This document shows positions 56,654 to 62,523 of a stretch of 62,523 bases of DNA, one piece after another (position 1 is the first letter of the stretch; each line of letters begins with the position of its first letter). The stretch is from assembly GCA_050997635.1 (NCBI GenBank), contig JBPCQY010000052.1:1-62523 (forward strand), in the 5' to 3' direction. This DNA comes from Nocardioides sp. (GTDB lineage Bacteria > Actinomycetota > Actinomycetes > Propionibacteriales > Nocardioidaceae). Made by a program: the position numbers and the translations under genes. The notes under the pieces were generated by a model. That model searched no databases, was not told where the DNA came from, and saw nothing but the letters and a program-made list of their open reading frames with translations.

Positions 56654-57958
56654 TTAACGCAAGAATCCTTCGTAGTTGCGCTGCTGGAGCTGGCTCTCGA
56701 TCTGCTTCACGGTGTCGAGCGCGACGCCCACCATGATCAGGATCGAGGTGCCGCCGAACGGAAAGTTCTGGTCGGCACCGATCACGACGAACGCGATCAG
56801 CGGGATGAGGGCGACAAGACCGAGGTAGGTCGCGCCCGGCGCCGTGATGCGGGACAAGACGTAGGACAGGTAGTCCTGGGTCGGCCTGCCGGCCCGGATC
56901 CCCGGGATGAAGCCGCCGTACTGTTTCATGTTGTCGGCCACCTCTTCGGGGTCGAAGGTGATGGAGACGTAGAAGTAGGTGAAGAACACGATCATGGCGA
57001 AGAACGTGATCATGTAGATGGGGTGGTCACCCCGCACCAGGTACTTGCTGACCCAGATCAGCACCGGATTGGTGGTGTTCGGGTTGAACTGCGAGGCCAT
57101 CGCCGGCAGGTAGAGCAGCGACGAGGCGAAGATCACGGGGATGACGCCGGCCTGGTTGACCTTGAGTGGGATGTACGTCGAGCTGCCGCCGAACATCTTG
57201 CGCCCCACCATCCGGCGGGCGTACTGCACCGGGATCCGGCGCTGGGCCTGCTCGATGAAGATGACCGCGGCGATGATGACGAGCCCGATGGCCACCACGA
57301 TCCCGAAGACCCACCAGCCCTTGGACTTGCCGACCGACCAGAGCGAGGTGGGGAACCGGGCGACCACCTGGGTGAAGATCAGGATCGACATGCCGTTGCC
57401 CACGCCGCGGTCGGTCATCAGCTCGCCCAGCCACATGATCACGGTGGTGCCGGCCGTCATGGTGATCACCATGACCAGGAACGTCGTGGTGCCGTTGTCG
57501 TGGAGCAGAGGGAACCTGGTGTTGTCGCAGCCCTGGAGCAGGTTGCCCGAGCGCGCCAGCGCGACGATGCCGGTCGCCTGGAGCAGAGCGAGACCCAGGG
57601 TGAGGTAGCGGGTGTACTGGGTGATCTTGGTCTGGCCCGCCTGGCCTTCCTTCTTCAGCGCCTCGAGCCGCGGGATCACCACGACGAGCAGCTGCAGGAT
57701 GATGCTGGCGGTGATGTAGGGCATGATCCCCAGCGCGAAGATCGTCAGCTGGAGCAGAGCACCGCCGGAGAACAGGTTGATCAGGTTGTAGACGCCGGTG
57801 TTCTGGACGCCCTTGATGCACTCCTGGACGTTCGCGACGTTCACCCCGGGCGCGGGAACCTGCGACCCGAGCCGGAAGATCGCGATGATGAAGATGACGA
57901 ACAGCAGCTTGCGCCGCAGGTCCGGTGTCCGGAAAGCGTTGGCGTACGGGCCTAGCAC
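56654..57958 (-). CDS. secY: Preprotein translocase subunit SecY
   Basis: FSGGAL...FALGIMPYITASII, GVGNGMS, KVNQAGVIPVIFA, GGFIPGIRAG; GTG 57958 with GAGGA RBS. Confidence 0.98.
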   Translation of the reverse strand: MLGPYANAFRTPDLRRKLLFVIFIIAIFRLGSQVPAPGVNVANVQECIKGVQNTGVYNLINLFSGGALLQLTIFALGIMPYITASIILQLLVVVIPRLEALKKEGQAGQTKITQYTRYLTLGLALLQATGIVALARSGNLLQGCDNTRFPLLHDNGTTTFLVMVITMTAGTTVIMWLGELMTDRGVGNGMSILIFTQVVARFPTSLWSVGKSKGWWVFGIVVAIGLVIIAAVIFIEQAQRRIPVQYARRMVGRKMFGGSSTYIPLKVNQAGVIPVIFASSLLYLPAMASQFNPNTTNPVLIWVSKYLVRGDHPIYMITFFAMIVFFTYFYVSITFDPEEVADNMKQYGGFIPGIRAGRPTQDYLSYVLSRITAPGATYLGLVALIPLIAFVVIGADQNFPFGGTSILIMVGVALDTVKQIESQLQQRNYEGFLR

Positions 57959-58118
57959 TGGTTCCTCTTTCTTCGGGCGGGTGGGCCCTCGCACAGCACC
58001 CGCGAAGACCCGAGGAAGCCTAACAGGCTCGCCCGAGCCGACCGGTTTGCGTCAGGCGCGGGCCCCGCGGACCGGAGTCCACGGTGGTCCCCTGCCTGCG
58101 CACGCGCGGTGGGCCAGC

Positions 58119-58559
58119 TCAAACGACGGTGGCTGAGCCGCCGGCCGCCTCGATCTTGTCCTTGGCCGAGCCGGAGAACGCCTGGGCGCTCACCCGGACG
58201 GCGACGGTGAGGTCGCCCTGACCGAGGACCTTGACCGGCTGGCCCTTGCGGACCGCACCCTTGGCCACGAGGTCGTCGACCGAGACGGTGCCGCCGTCGG
58301 GGAAGAGCTCACCGAGCTTGTCGAGGTTGACGACCTGGAACTCGACCTTGAACGGGCTCTTGAAGCCCTTCAGCTTGGGCAGACGCATGTGGATCGGCAT
58401 CTGGCCACCCTCGAAGGCAGCCGGAACCTGGTAGCGCGCCTTGGTGCCCTTGGTGCCGCGGCCGGCGGTCTTTCCCTTGGAGCCCTCACCGCGACCCACA
58501 CGGGTCTTGGCGGTCTTGGCGCCCGGCGCGGGACGCAGGTGGTGCAGTTTCAGAGTCAT
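58119..58559 (-). CDS. rplO: 50S ribosomal protein L15
   Basis: [19 protein letters not shown]...FEGGQMP. Confidence 0.98.
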   Translation of the reverse strand: MTLKLHHLRPAPGAKTAKTRVGRGEGSKGKTAGRGTKGTKARYQVPAAFEGGQMPIHMRLPKLKGFKSPFKVEFQVVNLDKLGELFPDGGTVSVDDLVAKGAVRKGQPVKVLGQGDLTVAVRVSAQAFSGSAKDKIEAAGGSATVV

Positions 58560-58561
58560 CT

Positions 58562-58744
58562 CTAGTTGACCTCCTCGACCGTCACGAGGTGACGAACGGT
58601 CTGGACCATGCCACGGATCTCCGGGCGGTCCTCCTTGACGACCACGTCGCCGATGCGCTTGAGACCCAGGGTGCGTAGGGTCTCGCGCTGGTTCTCCTTG
58701 CAGCCGATCGTGCTCTTGAGCTGCTGGACCTTCAGCTGTGCCAT
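58562..58744 (-). CDS. rpmD: 50S ribosomal protein L30
   Basis: [14 protein letters not shown]...[11 protein letters not shown]...[12 protein letters not shown]; start 58744. Confidence 0.96.
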   Translation of the reverse strand: MAQLKVQQLKSTIGCKENQRETLRTLGLKRIGDVVVKEDRPEIRGMVQTVRHLVTVEEVN

Positions 58745-59367
58745 CAGTGAGTCACCTCCTCGGGAACCTCGGCCTGGGCCTTGAGCAGGGCAGCCGGAGC
58801 GACCTGCTCGACCGGTAGGCCGCGGCGGGCGGCCACGGCCTCGGGCTGCTCCAGCATCCGCAGCGCCGCGACGGTGGCGTGGACGATGTTGATCTGGTTG
58901 GACGACCCCAGCGACTTGCTGAGGACGTCGTGGATGCCGGCGCACTCGAGTACGGCGCGCACCGGGCCACCGGCGATCACACCGGTACCGGGAGCGGCCG
59001 GACGCAGCAGGACCACTCCGGCGGCCTTCTCACCCTGCACCGGGTGCGGGATGGTGCCCTGGATTCGGGGGACCTTGAAGAAGCTCTTCTTGGCCTCCTC
59101 GACACCCTTGGCGATGGCGGCCGGGACTTCCTTGGCCTTGCCGTAGCCGACACCGACGAGTCCGTCGCCGTCGCCGACCACCACGAGGGCGGTGAAGCTG
59201 AAGCGACGACCGCCCTGAACGACCTTGGCGACCCGGTTGATAGCGACGACACGCTCGACGTAGGCGTTCTTGTCAGCGCCCTGGCCACCACGACGGTCGT
59301 CACGGTTGCGTCGGTCGCCGGAGGCGCGCTCGCCGCCTGCGCGCTGTCCGCGCTGGGCTCCGCTCAT
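58744..59367 (-). CDS. rpsE: 30S ribosomal protein S5
   Basis: [25 protein letters not shown]...GTGVIAGG. Confidence 0.98.
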   Translation of the reverse strand: MSGAQRGQRAGGERASGDRRNRDDRRGGQGADKNAYVERVVAINRVAKVVQGGRRFSFTALVVVGDGDGLVGVGYGKAKEVPAAIAKGVEEAKKSFFKVPRIQGTIPHPVQGEKAAGVVLLRPAAPGTGVIAGGPVRAVLECAGIHDVLSKSLGSSNQINIVHATVAALRMLEQPEAVAARRGLPVEQVAPAALLKAQAEVPEEVTH

Positions 59368-59396
59368 GAGAATTACTCCCTTACCTGTTCGAGACG

Positions 59397-59780
59397 TCAG
59401 AAGGTCAGGCCGCCCTCACGGGCGGCGTCGGCGAGGGCCGCGATGCGGCCGTGGTACTGGTTTCCGGCACGATCAAAGACAACCGATTCGATGCCCTGGC
59501 CCTTGGCACGGGTCGCGACGAGCTCCCCGACCAGCTTGGCCTTGGCGGTCTTGTCGCCGTCGAAGGAGCGCAGGTCGGCCTCCATCGTCGAGGCGTAGGC
59601 CAAGGTTTTTCCGACGGAGTCGTCGACGACCTGGACGCTGATGTGCTTCGACGAGCGGGTCACGACCAGGCGCGGGCGCTCGGACGTACCGGCGACCTTC
59701 TTGCGACCCCGCGCCTGGCGGCGCAGGCGCGACTTCGTGCGGTCGGCGGTGTGCTTGTTCTTGGACAATGAGATCGCCAT
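59397..59780 (-). CDS. rplR: 50S ribosomal protein L18
   Basis: [13 protein letters not shown]...[24 protein letters not shown]. Confidence 0.98.
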   Translation of the reverse strand: MAISLSKNKHTADRTKSRLRRQARGRKKVAGTSERPRLVVTRSSKHISVQVVDDSVGKTLAYASTMEADLRSFDGDKTAKAKLVGELVATRAKGQGIESVVFDRAGNQYHGRIAALADAAREGGLTF

Positions 59781-59782
59781 GA

Positions 59783-60325
59783 CTACTTACCGGCCTTTCC
59801 GACCTTGCGGCGAATCTGCTCGCCGGCGTACCGCACGCCCTTGCCCTTGTAGGGCTCGGGCTTGCGCAGCTTGCGGATGTTGGCCGCAACCTCGCCGACC
59901 AGCTGCTTGTCGATGCCCTGGACCCCGAGCCTCGTGGGGCTCTCGACGGTGAAGGTGATGCCGTCGGGTGCGTTGAACGTGATCGAGTGCGAGTAGCCGA
60001 GCTGGAACTCCAGCTGCGTCGGGCCCTTGGACAGAACCCGGTAGCCCACCCCGACGATCTCGAGCCTCTTCTCATAGCCGTCCGTCACTCCGGTCACCAT
60101 GTTGGCGATCAGGGTGCGGGTCAGACCGTGCAGCGAACGACTGTTGCGCTCGTCGTCGGGACGCCGGACCTCCAGCGCACCGTCCTCGCCGCGCTCGATC
60201 GTGATCGGGGCGGCGACGTGGTGCGACAGGGTGCCCTTGGGACCCTTGACGGTCACCTTGCTTGCGTCGACGGTGACGTCGACACCCGACGGGACCGTGA
60301 CCGGAAGCTTGCCGATACGTGACAT
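59783..60325 (-). CDS. rplF: 50S ribosomal protein L6
   Basis: MSRIGKLPV...GVGYR...[11 protein letters not shown]; start 60325. Confidence 0.98.
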   Translation of the reverse strand: MSRIGKLPVTVPSGVDVTVDASKVTVKGPKGTLSHHVAAPITIERGEDGALEVRRPDDERNSRSLHGLTRTLIANMVTGVTDGYEKRLEIVGVGYRVLSKGPTQLEFQLGYSHSITFNAPDGITFTVESPTRLGVQGIDKQLVGEVAANIRKLRKPEPYKGKGVRYAGEQIRRKVGKAGK

Positions 60326-60350
60326 TGCTTGTCTCCTCCTGGTCCTGGTC

Positions 60351-60770
60351 TCACCAGACGTAGGCGAGAACTTCCCCACCCACGCCCTTCTTGTTGGCCT
60401 GACGGTCGGTGAGCAGCCCCTGGCTGGTCGAGATGATCGCGACGCCGAGTCCACCGAGGACCTTGGGCAGCCCGGTGTGCTTGGCGTAGACGCGCAGCCC
60501 GGGCTTGCTGATCCGGCGCACGCCGGCGATGGAGCGCTCACGGTTGCGGCCGTACTTCAGTGTCACGGTCAGCGTCTTGCCGATCACGTCGGCGCCTTCG
60601 GCGTCCACGTTGTCCTCGACCTTCCAGGCGGTGATGTAGCCCTCCTGCTGCAAGATCTCGGCAACCCCTGACTTGAGCTTGCTGTACGGCATCGCAACCG
60701 TGTCGTGGTACGCCTGGTTGGCGTTGCGCAGACGGGTGAGCATGTCTGCGATCGGGTCTGTCATTGTCAT
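60351..60770 (-). CDS. rpsH: 30S ribosomal protein S8
   Basis: [17 protein letters not shown]...ISKPGLRVY...GGEVLAYVW. Confidence 0.98.
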   Translation of the reverse strand: MTMTDPIADMLTRLRNANQAYHDTVAMPYSKLKSGVAEILQQEGYITAWKVEDNVDAEGADVIGKTLTVTLKYGRNRERSIAGVRRISKPGLRVYAKHTGLPKVLGGLGVAIISTSQGLLTDRQANKKGVGGEVLAYVW

Positions 60771-60927
60771 GGCCGGCTCGGCCCTTCCTCGTTGTGGTTT
60801 CCCGGGCAACGCCTGGGACCTTCAGCGTTCGTTTTGTTGTCGGACCCCGATGGGAACCGGGACCAGTTGACGGGGGTGCGGAGGCGAAGCCCCCACAGAG
60901 TCGCGGGGGGAAGCCCCGAGTGCCTTC

Positions 60928-61113
60928 TTACCAAGAGCTCTTGGTCACGCCGGGCAGCTCGCCGCGGTGCGCCATCTCTCGCAGGCAGATCCGGCACAGA
61001 CCGAACTTGCGGTAGACAGCCTTGGGGCGACCGCAGCGCTGGCAGCGGGTGTAGCCGCGGACCTTGAACTTCGGCTTGCGAGCCGCCTTGACCTTCAGGC
61101 CGGTTTTCGCCAT
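60928..61113 (-). CDS. rpsN: 30S ribosomal protein S14, Zn-binding type Z (61 aa)
   Basis: RCQRCGRP...[10 protein letters not shown]...LPGVTKSSW. Confidence 0.97.
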   Translation of the reverse strand: MAKTGLKVKAARKPKFKVRGYTRCQRCGRPKAVYRKFGLCRICLREMAHRGELPGVTKSSW

Positions 61114-61114
61114 G

Positions 61115-61723
61115 TCAGTTCTCCTTGAAGGGGAAGCCCAGCTGCTTGAGCAGCGCGCGACCCTCGTCGTCGTTCGTGGCCGTGGTGACGACCGTGATGT
61201 CCATGCCGCGTGAGCGGTCGATCCGGTCCTGGTTGATCTCATGGAACATGACCTGTTCGGTCAGACCGAAGGTGTAGTTGCCACGGCCGTCGAACTGCCG
61301 GTCGGAAAGACCGCGGAAGTCACGGATCCGGGGCAGCGCCAGGGCGAGCAGCCGGTCCAGGAACTCCCACATCCGGTCGCCACGCAGCGTGACGTGGGCG
61401 CCGATCGGCATCCCCTCACGCAGCTTGAACTGGGCGATCGACTTGCGGGCCTTGGTCACCTGCGGCTTCTGGCCGGTGATGGCGGTCAGGTCGGTCACCG
61501 CGCCCTCGATCAGCTTGGAGTCGCGAGCGGCCTCGCCGACACCCATGTTGACCACGATCTTGGTCAGGGCAGGCACCTGCATCACGTTGGCGTAGCCGAA
61601 CTGCTCACGCAGGCTCGGCAGCACCTCTTCGCGGTACCGGGTCCTGACGCGCGGGGTCACCCGCTCGGCCGGGGCCTCGGTGGTCGTCTCTGCGCTTGCC
61701 GAATCGGTGTGCATGGTGGTCAT
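61115..61723 (-). CDS. rplE: 50S ribosomal protein L5
   Basis: [11 protein letters not shown]...[15 protein letters not shown]...PRIRDFRG. Confidence 0.98.
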   Translation of the reverse strand: MTTMHTDSASAETTTEAPAERVTPRVRTRYREEVLPSLREQFGYANVMQVPALTKIVVNMGVGEAARDSKLIEGAVTDLTAITGQKPQVTKARKSIAQFKLREGMPIGAHVTLRGDRMWEFLDRLLALALPRIRDFRGLSDRQFDGRGNYTFGLTEQVMFHEINQDRIDRSRGMDITVVTTATNDDEGRALLKQLGFPFKEN

Positions 61724-62079
61724 CAGATCTCTTCACCCGTCTTGCGTGCGATGCGCACGCTGCGCTGCGCGGTGTACGTCGAACCGTCGTTCCGCCGCTT
61801 GCTGACCTCGTCACGGCGGAAGCCGATCCGGGTGATGCCCTTGCCGGACACGAGCATCACGTTGGAGATGTGGATCGCGGCCTCGGTCGTGATGATGCCT
61901 CCGGACTTGCCGGCGCGCCCACCCTGGTCGATGGACTTGGTGTGCTTCTTGACCCGGTTCACACCCTCGACAATCACCCGGTCGGCCTCACGGAGCACCT
62001 GGATGACCTTGCCCTCGGCACCCTTGTCCTTGCCTGCGATCACCTTGACGGTGTCGCCCTTCTTGATGTTGACGCTCAT
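61723..62079 (-). CDS. rplX: 50S ribosomal protein L24
   Basis: [16 protein letters not shown]...EGVNRVKKH...EAAIHISNV. Confidence 0.98.
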   Translation of the reverse strand: MSVNIKKGDTVKVIAGKDKGAEGKVIQVLREADRVIVEGVNRVKKHTKSIDQGGRAGKSGGIITTEAAIHISNVMLVSGKGITRIGFRRDEVSKRRNDGSTYTAQRSVRIARKTGEEI

Positions 62080-62447
62080 CAGAGCACCTCCGGCGCAAGC
62101 GAAATGATCTTCATGAACCGCTTCTCACGCAGCTCGCGGCCGACGGGACCAAAGATGCGCGTGCCCCGCGGCTCACCGTCGGTCTTGAGGATGACGGCGG
62201 CGTTCTCGTCGAAACGGATGTAGGAACCGTCGACACGACGACGCTCCTTGACGGTGCGCACGATCACGGCCTTGACGACGTCGCCCTTCTTGACGTTGCC
62301 ACCGGGGATCGCGTCCTTGACGGTGGCAACGATGACGTCGCCGATGCCGGCGTAGCGCCGACCCGAGCCGCCGAGCACGCGGATGCAGAGGATCTACTTC
62401 GCACCGGTGTTGTCGGCGACCTTGAGTCGCGACTCCTGCTGGATCAT
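62079..62447 (-). CDS. rplN: 50S ribosomal protein L14 (122 codons) with an in-frame TAG at codon 18
   Basis: [31 protein letters not shown]...SLAPEVL; TAG at 62394-62396 where Glu is expected. Confidence 0.95.
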
Positions 62448-62523
62448 CACTCTCTCCTTGTCGCCCTGGTTCTCACCTCGCGGTGAGCCTTGGGGAACTT
62501 CACTTCTTGGGCCGGCTTCGCCG

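Noticed and set aside
60771-60927. ncRNA in the rpsN-rpsH spacer
   Set aside because: It contains short GC hairpins (GGGGGTGCGGAGGCGAAGCCCCC), but I cannot assign them to an RNA family.
17609-62396. Amber (TAG) recoding suggested by two in-frame TAGs
   Set aside because: TAG is the normal terminator of rplF, rpmD, rpsD, rplQ and map in the same window; single-base errors or mutations are more parsimonious.
62448-62523. 3' end of rpsQ expected upstream of rplN
   Set aside because: The short frame ending RSRPKK* does not resemble the S17 C-terminus; the region looks like an intergenic leader with a CTCACC/GGTGAG hairpin.

Overview
High-GC actinobacterial chromosome segment. A Nocardioidaceae-like origin is inferred from the ribosomal protein sequences, gene order and REP-like repeats. 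The conserved backbone is coaA, glmM, rpsI-rplM, truA, the alpha operon (infA-rpmJ-rpsM-rpsK-rpsD-rpoA-rplQ) and the spc operon (rplN through secY-adk-map), with three accessory blocks between these loci. Most notable observations: (1) a lower-GC island at about 37.15-40.85 kb where single small genes are separated by a recurring degenerate 25-40 bp site (consensus about CGAARCGCAC(GC)TMAYGCCGCGATCC, often followed by N9-TGCCGATG), a candidate integron/pdif-like cassette array beside a divergent DUF222/HNH gene with a LexA box; (2) a tightly coupled operon encoding a small exported Ser/Thr-rich protein, a signal-less ApbE, an MsrQ-like cytochrome b, a NuoF-like flavoprotein and a ferredoxin, whose promoter has the same MprA-like architecture as htrA; (3) a 64-bp duplication of the 5' end of an ABC-F gene bracketing an unannotated 54-aa membrane protein that is coupled to the truncated copy by an ATGA overlap; (4) a giant Ig/FN3 protein-MoxR-DUF58-pseudo-transglutaminase operon with divergent FHA and kinase genes; (5) in-frame TAG codons in rplN and an ABC permease, probably sequence errors. 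No rRNA, tRNA or CRISPR array was recognised. All family calls come from motif recognition by eye; no searches were run.
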